A stretch of DNA of 64,000 nt from Antedon mediterranea (lineage: Eukaryota > Animalia > Echinodermata), in contig NC_092676.1 in NCBI RefSeq assembly GCF_964355755.1, forward strand, positions 20,168,871 through 20,232,870, given 5' to 3'. Made by a program: the position numbers and the translations under genes. Position 1 is the stretch's first letter. Each line of letters opens with the position of its first letter. The notes beneath the pieces are model-generated. The model was not told the origin of the DNA and made no database searches. It saw only the letters and a list, made by a program, of their open reading frames with translations. This document shows positions 14,399-29,100 of the stretch, one piece after another.

Positions 14399-14532
14399 TG
14401 CTCTATCAAACTAGGTTGAAAAAAAAGTTTTATTTGTCCAAATATGGTGGTGATCACCAAAAGATGGTAGTGATATGACATCATATCTATATATGGGCAT
14501 GTCACATAAAGTTTCATAGTGTAGACAGATCT
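14399..14532. mobile_element. Harbinger-like MITE family 1, degenerate copy
   Basis: Core CCAAATATGGTGGTGAT..ATATGGGCATGTCAC and a right TIR ..ATAGTGTAGACAGA. Confidence 0.7.
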
Positions 14533-17499
14533 TAAGGCCTTTTGTTATACCACTCTATGGCGTGGTACATAAAGGATCCCCTTTATAACGGTTACATCGT
14601 TTAGGCCATCAGTTAAATTGGCTGGCTATAAACGATAAATATTCTTCATTATTACAGTGTGGCCCATGAGCAGGGTGTCCCTTTTCACCAAAAATATTAC
14701 CCTGGACCCTTTGTTGTACCACTGTGACAGTGGGTGTGTTTAATACAGTGATTGGTTGGGACCTGAACAGCACCCTTTTGTAATTAGCAAATTGGATAGT
14801 ACTACGTGTATATCATCTATGCAGTTTGGTATAGAATTTTGTGAATTCAGAAAACCTGTACAGGTATTGTACAGTTTTCAGGTACCCTCAAATTGTTGAT
14901 AATTGAAAATTACAGTACAAGAAAATAACTAAATCAAATTTACTAGTATTTTAATTTATAATGAAATCTGTATTCTTACCTGTCATACTTGTACCAATAA
15001 TTAACTTAATAATATTTATTAAGCTGATTCTTCAATAATTAACTTAATATTTATTAAGGTGATTCTTGGTTGCCTGTTGGCATTAATTCTGTTCTGTATA
15101 AACTGTAATTTCAGGCTATTTAAATCCATTTTCCCAACATAAGTAAAATTTTATGTTTTATGTTTGCATTAAAATTACTTGAATAAAAACAATTGTATAA
15201 TAAATAATAAAATTGTTATTTTGTTATTCATACTGTATACCATAGTCACAGATAATCTTAAAATAGAATTTATTATAAGAATACATACTTTGAACAAATC
15301 TATGGTACTCAGGATGCAAGAAGTATGTTAATAATATAAAATATAATGATTTATATTTGTGTGTGAGTGATAACTGTAAATATTGTAGACATGCTGTAAA
15401 TAATAAATTAGAGTGCATACAAATCTATTGTAATAACATGATTATATAGTCACTCTAACTACAAATCTAAGATGTGTGTAGGTAAATATTGATTCATTAT
15501 GTATTATAAATCATAAGTGGTAATAATTCATATTTCTTTATTCAATGAGTTATGACATGTTGCAGTGTTGCTCATCAAAGCAGAAGATATGATTTTTACA
15601 TAGATTTTAAATATTCGGTAAATATCAATATGGATCAAAATATTATTGTGAACACAGTTGATACAGCGAAGGAATATAAGGTTTGGAAAAAATATTTTAT
15701 TTCATTTGTTGACACTTTGAACGCTTATGCCATAATCTTATGAAAAATGAAGAGTTGCTGACCCCCAAATGTTCCCCCTCGCCAAGCAGGTTCCCCCCCC
15801 CCCCCACCCTTGCCCGTTCCAATTATAATAAATATATATTGTACTAAATGCTTTATTGAACTGTACATACAAAACTAATACCATAATAGATAAATCTATT
15901 TTATATTTGACATGTATATAGAACTTTTATACATGTCAAATATATTTTACAATTATTACTACCTTATTGCTACATTAGAATGGGATTTCTGTATTGAAAT
16001 GTTCTTCCACATTTCAGCTATTTTAGTATATATCCATTGTATGGTAATAGAAATATATTAATGGTAGTAAAGAGTGGAAGGTGAAACATATAGCACATTA
16101 TGTATTTTAATATTGCACATAATAAAACATGAAACAGTACACATATTTGGTGCTTTGATACATAGTATTCAAAATCTTGTTACTTTTCCTTGAAATACAT
16201 ATTTTTGATGTAAATTATTAAAATTACTAGGTGTATGAATTAGAGGTCGTGTGACATGAATATTGGGTTATACCTCAAATAATTGGTAAAAACATTATAA
16301 TGTTGAGTGCTAATATATTGGATGAAATATTACAATATTTTATATGCTTTTTATAACACTTTATTTATGTTTTTTGTTGTAAATTACCATTGAGGTTTTT
16401 GTGATAAAAGTACATTTTTAATGACTAATTTTGAAAGTTTTGTGAATCTTGAATAAATAATGTATTGTGGAATTCTCACAATTTTTGTGAAAAATAGTTA
16501 GGTAGACATATCACAGAATTTTTGAAAAATGAAAGAACAAAATTTAATCATGTTTTAATAAGTATCTAAGATTATGACATTGCCGCCAGTTTTAAAATTT
16601 GTACAAATATTTTTTTTATACAAAATAAAATAATGAATTCCTAATATTATATAGATTATTGACAATGAAATAAAAAAAATGTATTAGGAAGATTTAAAGT
16701 AAATTAAATATGTATTTTTAGGGTTTTTGTGTCACCGGTCTTTCTGAGAGGATGACAGTGTTTGTTAGGCTTACAATCCACTGGGACTGGTCTCTGATGG
16801 GTACAGTCTTAATTTGTGGCAATGTACACAATATCTACAGCATATAATGCATTTAATGTTCAGTATTATACTTAAGACAATTTGTTTACTCTTATTAATC
16901 AAATTCTGTAGATTCAGTGTATGGTCTAGGATTAAGATACTATCTTGATACCATCTAAATCCTAGACCAAAATGAAGACTTCCCATAGTACGTTAGTAGA
17001 AAGCTCTAATACCATGTTAATAGCTAAAATGCTGCCCACATTTTACGATCATAACTCAAACAGTATACTTTATTTTGATGATGTAATTGTTCGTACTATA
17101 TCAAAATTGTCATTTAAACTGCTATGTTAATTTCTGAAACGCCTTTAACATTATATTACCGTAATGTATTTAATTCTGTTATGTGTTCTTTTGTACTATT
17201 TGTATGTAGATTGTAATATTCAGTAATTGATAAGTCCAGACAAGTTGACTCAATGTATACAATTTTTTTTATCTTAGATTTTGTTGTATATGATCATTGT
17301 GTATAGTTATAAATGAAGCATTTGATGTAGAACTGTTGTTTTTTATACGTGCCGCATGGGATGCAACTTTTATAGATCATTCTCATATGTTTTTTTTCTA
17401 CCTTGAGATCATGAAGGAAACAAATAAAAATCATATTTCTGCTTCAAAAAGTAATTGTTTTTTTTTTTGCGGTTACCAATTAGCATATTTGATTGGGAC

Positions 17500-17851
17500 G
17501 TTTCAGCGAAAATACCAGGTTTTCCCCAATTTGTTTTAACGGATTCTGATAAAAACAGAAAGACAATTCATGCAGCAACTAGACAACGTCAAGCTAGGCC
17601 TATAGCTAGCGTACGATGTTTGTACGTTACTACTGTTTACCAGCTAGGCCTACAAAACTGAATTAAAAGATTAAAGACTGTCCAGGAGAGGACATTTGAA
17701 GCGAGCTACTTAGGTAGTGCATTGTTTCTCTTTTTATCATAATTTAACATAAACATACATTTAAGACAAGGAATGACCTGGTTTAATGTTTTTAAAGTAA
17801 TATATATGCATTATTTTTACAAAACATCTACAATTATAGAGAATGGGGCTT
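17500..17851. mobile_element. Partial inverted copy of the 32386-33011 element
   Basis: ttcagcgaaaataccaggtttccccaatttg..tagctagcgtacgatgtt..catttaagacaaggaatgac..gaatggggct is the reverse complement of 32390-32745. Confidence 0.7.
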
Positions 17852-18911
17852 CAACATTAACTATTCAAATGAAGTACCACCACAAGTAAAAATTGTGGGT
17901 GGGGTTACTGACTTAATACACCATACTGCTTATAAATAACCAAGTAAAATCTCCCCAGGAAATCCATTGAATTATAGTTCTGAGATGGAAATTCCACATA
18001 GCTAGTTCCACTGAATTAGTTATAGTGGGTTGGGAATTCCACTAAACTAGTTAGGTGGAAATTGCAATTCCAATGAAAACAATGTACAGGTGCTCTTGCA
18101 AAAAAAAAATAGTATAAAAATTTGTCTTGTTTACAATCCATTTAATAAATATTCTTTGTAACACAGAAATACTACAAAGATATGAACTATGTATCAAACA
18201 CCTAATACAACTCTCATGCTGTACATCTACTGGAGTTATCTAGGAGGACGGCCAGGTGCGGGCAAAAAAATTCTATTGATCATACATTCCAATTCATAGT
18301 TGCACACATTTTGTAAATAGAGAGGCATTTTAAAAAGCTATGAAAAATAAACGGTGTGGTAAAAAATGTTATCTGATGACTAAATATAGGTAATATAATA
18401 ATACATTTCTGACATTTTTATTCAACTTCAGATTTTTATTTTCAAGCTATAGCAAAAATTATCCACCGTATATCCACCATCTTTTTTCACCGTCTAGGGA
18501 GTCACCAGACATGTTATTACATTAGGTTAACTACCTAACTACTGATAAAAAGTCTTCCTGGTTTTTATGGAAGAATTTTGCCAAATTTTGTATTTGACCA
18601 TATTAAGTGAAATTCATGTTTTTTCGTCTCGATTTCTGTTACAAATATTTTATTTATGTACAATTATAAATCAAATATTAAATTTAAAATTCATGCCTGT
18701 ACCTGGGCTTTAAGTTAAAATGAAAATAGAATACATAACATGAAGATGGTGTGGAAAACAATACAACTATTATAAATATATGGTATATAAATAAAGGAAG
18801 TATATGATATATCAGTGACTTTAGTAAAACAAAAATTAACAATGCAAGATTTAAATGTAGAATAAATATAGGAAAAATATAAATGTTATTATATAACAAA
18901 GGACAAAGATA

Positions 18912-18995
18912 ATGTCAACAAAAAAATTGGAAATCATCATGTCTATATATGGGAACATCACATTTTGTTGTCGCATAACGTTTGATAGTATAGTA
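18912..18995. mobile_element. Harbinger-like MITE family 1, degenerate remnant
   Basis: atcatcatgtctatatatgggaacatcacattttg..tttgatagt. Confidence 0.5.
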
Positions 18996-19318
18996 AAAAA
19001 AGTTACTAAATAATGTATACTATATGAACAATATATGGAAGATGATTGTTATAATCCTGTAGTATATTATATAATAATGGAAGATATAATAATGCACCAA
19101 TATGATAGTAAACACACTCTTTTAATAAATAATATATGGTATGATATAATAAAATTATTGTAGAAATAAATACCAAAGAGGTAGAAGATATAGCAACCTT
19201 TTTGAAATCTACTGTATATTATCTGAGGCAACAATCGTCTCAGATATTAAATAATTACTTAATGTACAATCAAGGGAAAATAGGGACTCCACTTGTTTTG
19301 TGCGTTGTTACATTATCT

Positions 19319-22198
19319 TCATCTGAACTGTACAGTGATGAGTTCTCCTTTCGTTTCATCTTCATTCTGTTTTACGCCAATTCGACGTTCCTGCGACTTC
19401 GGTATTTTTGACCAATCTATTGTCGAGTATTGCATCACTGAACGCCTCAATGCACGGTCACCTTTGGAGGTGTCGCTAAGGTCATCTTCACTAAAATAAA
19501 ATTTATATTAATTTAGTCTTTGATAATTATGTGGGATAATAAGTAATGTTTATAATCATCTAGCCTAATATTTATAAATAAAATAAATATACTCAAATAT
19601 AAAGATTTCAAATCGTAGTCAACAACAATTAGTATTATAGTTAAGCTAGCAAAACTATCTTGTAAGATAAAAACACAACAAATTACACTGCAAGATATGT
19701 ACAGTGTATAAAGGTTTAGAAAATATACTTTGATTTGAAAAAATCACAAATAGAAATACTACTACTTTTACTAACAATTTTTCACGATTATCCCATGTTT
19801 CATTATGCAAAATGTTCATTCCGCTGTGTGATGACAAGCCTGTGTTAGCCTGGGGTCTTGGAGGGCCTAGAGGCCATCGGCGTCCAAATGAGATGGTGTC
19901 TAGAAGAGCTTGACGATCTTGGTTGTAGTACTGAACTGCAGTATCACGCTCTTGTTTCAACACCTCTGAAAGATAAACAAATGGAAATATTTTCTGGAAA
20001 AGTATTCATTGCCAAACTGCGTCAGATCTAAAAGGCCCACCCTTAAATCTACTATAGACACAATTTCTCTTATACATAGCTCTGTCTACAGTATCAAACT
20101 TTATGTGATTGAAGAACTTTGATTCATAGCAAAAAGTGTGATGTGCCCATATATGGACATGATGATGTCATATCACTACCATATTTTGTCAAATCACTAC
20201 CATATTTGGGCACATCACACTTTTTGTCAAACTAGTTTGATAGTGTAGACATACCTTTATTGATATTATTGAACCCTATATGCTATGAATCAACATTCTT
20301 AATTTTTTTTCTTATGAAGATATAATTTTGACTTACCGGTTCTATCAAGGAGTTGTAGAGATGGGACATAATGTATAACATAAAATCTGTATTCAGGCTC
20401 TTGTGCAACAGGGTTTCCAGACAAATCTACAATAAACAATATAAGACATATTGTATTACTTAAAAATATATGGATAGGATATGGTACTTAACTTAATGTA
20501 AAACCCCACATACATTTCTATGTCTTCAATTTAAGCTTTCCACAAGAGGAATTAATATTGAAAAAGCGCTACAGTGATAAATTAGCATGTAAAAGTGTTG
20601 TAACTTGGTACGATTTTCGCAAATATTTATGTTCTGCTTGTTAGTGTTACATTTGGTATGTACAGTACGTAATTGTGTATTATGAAGTTTGTCTATATAC
20701 AGTATACAAAGTTCACCAAGTATGTTATCTACAATGAGGTTTATTTAACAAACAAGTTTATTTACTTGATTGTGCATGTATCCAATCATTGATGCCTTAA
20801 TGTTAATGTGAATTTATATAGTGCTTTTATCAATCAGTAGATTGTCCCAAAAAAAGATTTGATTACAATGAACTAAAAAGGTGGGGTTTTAAAGAGTTTT
20901 GAAAAGTTTGATAGAAGTTGATGCTTAAATGGAATTGGGAAGATTGTTATACAGTTTATGAGTTACAACTGTAAAGATTCTTCAGGCGACTAGGTGGAAC
21001 AAAATGTATAACCAAATGTACTGGTAGTCAACCTAAGAGATCTTTCAAAGACTGACGTCTATTTAAACTTATTCGTTCTAAAGCTATGTCTACACTATCA
21101 AACTAGTTTGACCAAAAAAGTGCCCAAATATGGTAGTGATATCCCAAATATACAAATATGGATATGATATTATCATGTCCATATATGAGCACATAACATT
21201 TTTTTGTCACATAAAGTTTGATAATGTAGACAGAGCTTTATTATTTAGCTGCAACTCACTTAACACTCTGAGGTTCTGCATTGCCTTGAATTCCTTCACA
21301 GTCTGTTCTAACTTTGTCAACTGGTTGTTCTGCATCATAATGGTGTGAAGGCATGTCAGATGTCCTAGAGCACCATTGATATCAACAAGTTCATTGTCCT
21401 GCAGGTACAGTTCAGTCATATGGTAGTTTTTAGTTAGACAGGTGATGTGACGTAACCGATTACCATTCAACCATAAGTATTTCAGATTCTTGAATTGTGA
21501 TAAGTCACCATCTTTAGCTAACTTCCTAGATGTACAGAAGAAATTATGTGTGTTAATTTTCAGGTTTTTTTTTTAAGATACAGTAAATACATTTTAAATT
21601 AAACTTTATTTCAGGTACAATAAGTAATCACTTTTATTTCAGTAGTAATCAGTTTTGAAATACTTATACATTTTACAATATGTTGGACTGTAGAATAAAT
21701 GAAAAATAATAACTATATTTGTGTATGATGTTATTATAAATTACCTATTAGCCATATAGAGCTGTGTGACATCCTGGTCTTTTCGTATGCCCTGTGACCT
21801 CATTTGCTCCTCTATCACCTGTAATAAATATCAACAAATAATTATTTGACATTTTAAATTTATTTATTATTATAAAATGTCATTTAATTACTACTTATTT
21901 AGGCTAGCTACTATACTACTATGGTACAGCACTAGACCAGGGCCTAGGCCTATTAGTAAATAGGCCTGCTAGTCTATGACCATTATTATAAACAATACTA
22001 AGACTACCTAGGCCTAGCTAGTAGTAGTAGGTTCGCTAGTACTCTACGTAGTAGGCCCGCATCTGTACCTGGGTTGGTAACTATGCTTAATAATTGTGTA
22101 GGGGTCTAGATTTATTTTACAGTATTATTATGGTCTCTGCTCTAATTCAATGCTTAAAATATATACAGAAATTGCATTACCTTTTCAACTTCCGCCAT
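19319..22198 (-). CDS. LRRC72: Leucine-rich repeat-containing protein 72-like (269 aa); exons 22198-22181, 21818-21745, 21525-21260, 20426-20337, 19965-19776, 19490-19319
   Basis: SDS22-like LRRs (LKYLWLNGNRL, ELYLQDNEL, IMMQNNQL), an LRRcap (LSGNPVAQEPEYRFYVIHYVPSLQLLD) and a C-terminus ..QYSTIDWSKIP..ITVQFR*. GT-AG phases are consistent (810 nt). The symbol comes from recalled similarity. Confidence 0.8.
20077..20256. mobile_element. Harbinger-like MITE family 1 (LRRC72 intron)
   Basis: agctctgtctacagtatcaaact ... agtttgatagtgtagaca. Confidence 0.82.
21082..21237. mobile_element. Harbinger-like MITE family 1 (LRRC72 intron, 22 nt from an exon)
   Basis: Both TIRs present; TAA/TTA flanks. 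Confidence 0.85.
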
Positions 22199-22499
22199 GA
22201 TTGCCACACGGCGTTAGTAAAGTCTTTCAATCAAATTATTACATTTTAAATCACGAAAATCACAGCAAGAAAATCGTTTGTTGTCTGTTGCTTGACAGCG
22301 TGCAAACAATAACAAAGTTTTGTAGAGGGCGCTATAATGATTTTGTCTAACTTTTTGATGTCGTTTACAATAATTATTAACGAAAAATATAGTCAAACAT
22401 TCTTTTAAATTATTATCATCTGAAATAATTACCTTTTAATTAACTTATTGCACACAAATTTTAAAGTAAATAACATTTTGTTCTAATATATATATAATA

Positions 22500-22865
22500 A
22501 GTATACTCATTTCTATTTATATAGTTTTTTCATTGTAAAAATATACTTTATTATTTTTCTAATTGTTGCATTGTTTTAAGTTTTATTTTCCTTCTAGTGT
22601 TGGTCTCTATTAGAATAAATTATTCATGAGGTAATGGATATACATATATATATATATTATCAATAATTAAATAAAATGTGAAAAAACTGTCCATTTATAT
22701 TATAGTTTTTTCATCGTAAAAATATACTGTATTATTTTTCTAAATGTTGTTTTATTTTCTAGTTTTGGTCTCTCTTATATTCATGAGGTAATGGATACAA
22801 GTATGCAATTAACAAACCATAATTTATATATATTATCAATTATTTAAAAAATTGTGACAAACTTT
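22500..22865. repeat. Degenerate ~180-bp tandem duplication
   Basis: tatagttttttcat.gtaaaaatatact..tattcatgaggtaatggata occurs twice. Confidence 0.7.
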
Positions 22866-23131
22866 GAAACTGGTTTCACATTTTGTTTATAAAGTGCTTG
22901 ATATCTATAATTAAAAATCTATTAATTCAAAATATAATTTTCAGTACAAAATATAAATCAATAAAATAAAAAATAAAATTTGTAAAAAATTAGCAAGCAA
23001 TTTGTTAGCATATTTATATATTTAGAAATTTGCATATTTTTGTAAAGCACAGGTGGTACTGAGCAGGAGTATGATATTTTAAACTCACTGCCCACCCAAC
23101 ATCAATTGAAATCCCAGTATGTTATCTTAAT

Positions 23132-26100
23132 CTATTTAACCGTAAATAAGTACAGTGCGCCTGCGAGTCTGCTGCCAAAGTTACTACCCACTGCCGACAC
23201 GACCAGCGCTGTAGAGTTCTGTAAAGTAACAATCATCACAATTAGCAGAAAATCCTGCAGCAGGCATACTACCACAATAATGAATAGTAGATAGTTATGA
23301 AAAAAGGAATTATGTGAATATTAAAAGGAATTTGTTTCACTATAGGTAGATTCACATTAACTTTTATTAATGGTTCCAATTATCATTTTCATTTTATTTA
23401 AAATAGCTAATCAACCTAAACCTCTGTCTACACTATCAAACTAGTAACAAAAAAGTGTAATATGCCCAAATATGGTAGTGACATGACGTCATCATGTCCA
23501 TATATTGGCACATGACATTTTTTTGTTACATACAGTAGACAGAGCTATAGTTAATCACCCTAACATGATCTAGTAGAGCATGTTGAAGAAACATGATTAA
23601 CCCATGTAGCTTAACCTATTAATTTAATTTATAATTTTTATTAAGAAATCAACTAATCAGTAAATATTTCCATTACACATAACTATACAAGCTCCATGTA
23701 AGAAGCCACTTGTCGTATTCGATTGGGAACTTTCGTTGTCAACGTAAAGATTCGTTGAGTACTTTTGTATTCGAATTGTAAATTTGTGCTCAACAGAAAG
23801 TCATTCGAATAGAAAACGTTGACAACGAAACCTTTTTCGTTAAGAACAATCTCAACGCTCAAAATACTCCGTTAAAGAAGTACTCAACGGAAAAACTGTA
23901 CTCAGCGGTGAAAGTCTAAATCGAATACGACAAATTACATAATTTCTATGTGAAAGGTTTTTAAAAATTAAGTCACAGTATTTTATATAAATGCACCTAA
24001 TAAGAAAGACATGCACTGAAAAGGAAAAGTGACATAACACATGATGGACTGGAAAGAGCTGTAAATACAAATTTTGTGTGCATACATGTGAACTTGAATG
24101 TAACATGAATAAGTGTTATTTTTATTTTCAAAATGTAACTCACTTGTATTTTCCAGCTGCCGATTCCTTTACCAAAATGAGATCCTCTCTAAAAATAAAT
24201 GTTATTATAGTATAAATAATCAACTTCCAACATCCACAATATATTACAGTATATGCAATATTCATAATAAGAAAATCAAATCAAACTTACCTCGTTTGTT
24301 GTATATGAAGTAAATGCCTGAAAAACATAAAATTTCTTATTATTATTTTAATTGATTGATTTTGATCCTATTATAATTTGTTTACTCTTGTGATATCAAT
24401 TCAATCCAGCAGACTTATTACCATGAATTACTCAAGTAGTAGTTTTTAAATAAAAATGTTGATTTGATAACACTATACCTAGGCATTTTATTTCAATATA
24501 AATAGGCCTTTAGCCCCTGCATTTATAAACTGTACATACATTAATTGAGAGGTACGGTGTTCCTTAAACAAAACGAAAATAAATATAATTTAATCACTCA
24601 ATTAGGAAAGCCCAAATAATCAAATAAAAAGAACAATACATACCTTTTCAGCTGGGCAAGGTTCCACAGCACTTGCTAGGCCATTGCACTGCATTGTCAC
24701 ATCACCCTTGCCAAGGCTCTCACCTCCTTTGAACACGTATACAGAACCAGTATCTCCTAAGGACAATAAATAGTAAAAGATATAAAAAGTACAGTAGTGT
24801 TACAGGTTACCGGTTTTGTTTATTTACATTAGTGAAGGATGGGGCCAACATCAAATTTTTTTGTCACTTAAAATGTTATAGTGTAGATAGAGCTTCAGAT
24901 CACATAATTTAAACAAGATGCTATTTACAAAACAATGGTTAAAACAATAATTACCTCCAAAAATTTCTTCGGTGATGTCATCAATTCTGTATGGAGCAGA
25001 AACAATCAGGTCACCTGAAAAGAAGAAAACAGAATAAAGCTCTACACTATCAAATCCCCAAATATGTTAGTGATATGCTTAAATATATATATATATGGGC
25101 ACATTACATTATTTGTCACATAAAATTTGATAGTGTGGACAGAGCTTTAGTGTTGTGGTAATATTGTGGGGCATTTCTATGTGATAGGTATGGTGGCTAA
25201 AGTTTAAAATAAAATACAATATTCAAATCTAAAATAGAACACAAACTAGCAAGGCCCATTGTTACTCTCAATGGAGTCTATCTTTGTCTAAACTGTGTGA
25301 TTTACAGACTATTTCTATTTTTCTTAACTTACCTATTTTGTCGCCAGTAACATCATGGAATTTCGACGCCATTCCAAACCGTGCATAAAATCTGTCACCT
25401 TTGAAGGTTGCAACCTCTGGAATGGATGAAGCCTGCATCTGATGGCAGCTATCACTAGTGGCTGACATTTTGGTTAAATTCAATAGTTGTACATAACCAG
25501 CTTGATTAAAATTGCTAGATATGCCTAGAATCTTTCCTGTAACATCTACAAATAATATTAATGATGGTTAATTTTAAATATAAAAACTTTTAAACCAGCA
25601 ATGAAAATGTTGTAAAACTAATGTAGCATTTGGCCAAAGTTAACTCTAATATATCAAACTTCCTGTTTAAAGCTCTGTCTACACTATACGATGAGATACG
25701 ATGTTATTGTGTCCATATATGGGCACATCACATTTTGTTGTCACACAGAGTTTAATAGTTTAGACAGAACTTTAGTAACGCTAGGTTTGCAGTACACCAC
25801 AAGTTCCAAAAAGGAAATAAAGTGTGTTTGAAAATGTTATAACGTTTTGGTTGTTATGAAACAATTTTCTGTCAGTTGTACAGGTTTTTAACGAAACTAT
25901 TAAATTAAAAGAGTCATGTAAAGCTCTGTCAACACTATCAAACTTTATGTGACGAACATCTGATGTGCCCATATATGGACATGACATCATATCACTACCA
26001 TATTTGGTCATATTACACTTTTTATGTCAAACTAGTTTGATAGTGTGAACAGAGCTTAACTGATGCATTTATCTTACTTCCAGTATCAACTCCAAGAACA

Positions 26101-29100
26101 AGAATATCACTTCCATCATTGTACAGGTCACCAACAGCCATAGAAGATCCCAGCTTATCAAATGCACTTTCACCATGAAGACAGAACACTGGCTCGCTGA
26201 TGTTCTTCACATCGTAAGCAACAATGCGACCTACACTCTGTGTGTCATTATCGGAATGAGGGCAGCCTTCACTGTGGGTAAAATAAAGATCATAATAATT
26301 CTAATGGTAGACATGCTATTTTTACGGCGAAATGAAGAAAAACTATTGATATAGTATATTATTCAAACTATAAGTGGACTGCGTAAGGTTTATATTTTAA
26401 CCTTACAGTCAAGAGACTAGATTAAACTTAATAGGATTTGCGAGGTGTTTTCCCAAATGATCGTACCATAAAAACGGTAATGGGCATGTTTTATAACCTT
26501 ACAGCCAAGAGCCAGAAGACAGCTAGATATTCCAACTTACTTCCACAGGTGAAATTAAATTTATTATTATTAGTACATAAATATTAACATTTTTATTTAT
26601 AAACCAAACAATTATAAAAATAATATTAAGCTTACACAGAACAAATCCTGTATGTGGGTTGTGACACAAACAATAATGTCCTTCCCGACTTCATTTTCTT
26701 CAACTCTATACTATTCCCAAACCAACCATAATCCTAAGTAAAACAATACAAACAGTAACGAACATAGTAACTAGCATTCTTACATATCACTTTTAATAAT
26801 AATAATACCACATGTATTATCTTTGATGACACAAAACAAAAATATGCAAATACAAAAACAATTCATCATGGATCCTAGCTAGAAGTGGATACTTGTCTCA
26901 CTAGCACCCAGAACAAAAGACAAAAAGTTTAAACAAATAATGAAAAGTTATCCGAAATTTAAAGACTGAATTAAAAAGTACCTGATCGCCATTGAGTGTA
27001 ATATCCATTTCAATAACTGACATGACTTGATGACCTAAACAAATATGAACAGTAACAATTATATACTTATTTTCTCTTAGTGCATCTTAAGTCAAAGAGA
27101 GAAACCTGAATTTATAAGCAAATATTTTGTGGAGACAAGAGGGTACATAGTTATAAAGTCAGTAACTTTTCCTTCATTTAAAAACATATACAAACAATAG
27201 ATATACAATAGGAAAGGTAACCAAAAACAAGCAAAAAAAAACGTATATACCTTTAATTTTGTGGTTTGCATACAGGACATTGACCATGCCTCTTTGTTGA
27301 CCCCCAGCAGATGCAAATGGTGACCCAATTAATAGGTCATTATGTCCATCTCTATTCACATCTCCAACAGTTAATGTCCAACCCAAATTATAATAATCAT
27401 TTGCAATATCCTATGAAAAATATATACACGTCAATAGGTCTTCACAACTTTTAACTTTAAATTGAGAGTTTGCAGTTTTGTTATTTTTTCTCTCTCTTTT
27501 GCAGGTCATGCCCCAATTTTATGTCTTTTCAACATCAATACATACATTAAAATAATGCTAACAAACTGTAAATAAAAAAAAAAATCATTTTTGGCTATAT
27601 TTTTTCTTTATTTAGGCCTATATATATAATTATATTTTTGTTTTAGTTATTTCTCTCATGTTTCTTATATTACACATATATCCTTTTGCTTTGAATTATA
27701 TTTACTTACTTGCCCCTTGATAGTAATATTTGGAGAACCAAAATGTTTGCTGCCTCCTAGATAAATATAAACTTCTCCCTGTTAAATAAATTACAAATAG
27801 AAATAAGAGATTGCCACCGATTTATAGGTCAGTGAGAGAGGAACTGGCTGTCACAATGGCAGATAGGAAGTTATGGAGGAATCTTATAAGTTCTGCTATG
27901 TCCCGGACTAAGTAAGTAAGAAGACATAAGAAACTTTATTATCTCCAAAAATCCGAAGAAATTACAAGCACTTGCAATCAAACATACAAAAAATAAATTG
28001 TTCATTTCATATATACAAACATTAGTGAATAATGTGAATTATATCATTTTATGTGATTGATTTGAACTGCATTGCGTAATTGCTACAGAATGAGGAACGA
28101 CTTACATAATACGAGAAAGTTGTTGATCCAACAGAGGGCGCACTCACAACCAAGTCAGCGATTCCATCTAAATTTATGTCCAGTACAGCAAGTGCGGACC
28201 CAAATCGACCGTTTTTCTACAAAAGAAAAACATAATGGTTTGCGGTATTTGAAAGGAATATTGGCTTTTAATAAGTATTATAATATAACCCATTAGATTC
28301 AAACATGTCTACCTTTAGGCCAGTAATATGGGCATCAGCAGACACATCCAAGTCTATTTTTCCCTGTGGCAGTCCTTTACTTTTTGACCCATAGATGATG
28401 TAAACACGGCCTAGCTGGATGTTGTTGTTTATGCTATATCCAGGAGCTCCAACAATGAGGTCCATTACACCATCTCCATTAAGGTCTTCTGTTATAAAAC
28501 TCCTGTATAATGGTTGCGTATTATTTTGTTAATACTTAAGATAAAGGTATTTATTCTGGTCCTCAAGCTTAACTGGAAAATGGGTGAGGAAATTCAAGTT
28601 AGGCTCTCCACGATAGCCAGCAATGCAGCGCCTACCAGATGAAGCGTTTGTAGGGTTTGAAAGAACCTCCGTTTTTTGTCCCTTTCAAACTAGAGTCCAA
28701 CAGAAAAAGTGCTAGTAAATAGGCCTAACTTATAGGGAAATTATTTTCATCTACTAGGTACCGTAGGCCTAAATCTGTCATTTCTTTAATTTCTTCTGGT
28801 TGCACTTAATTTATGGGAAAAAAGAACCCCTTGTAAAAATCCCATCTATGGGCTTGATTATTATATTAATAATAATAGCTCCTGTACAGCTGCCATTTAC
28901 TGTGAAAAGTAATCATACAATAGTAGTTTTCTTACCATCCTAATTTGGCATATGCATTCTCAACATACAATGTCGTTAATGGTTCTTGATGATAACGTGT
29001 TTTCAACCTCAATTTTTGCTTTTTCATCATTTCTTTCTTTTGCAATGACTTCAATTTTCTCTAAGAAAAGATTAAAATATACAAAATCTAATGGTATTCT

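Noticed and set aside
14270-14725. Possible hAT-like element around the nested MITE (CAGTG..GGGTCCA / TGGACCC..CACTG ends)
   Set aside because: The inverted ends are imperfect and no 8-bp TSD was found.
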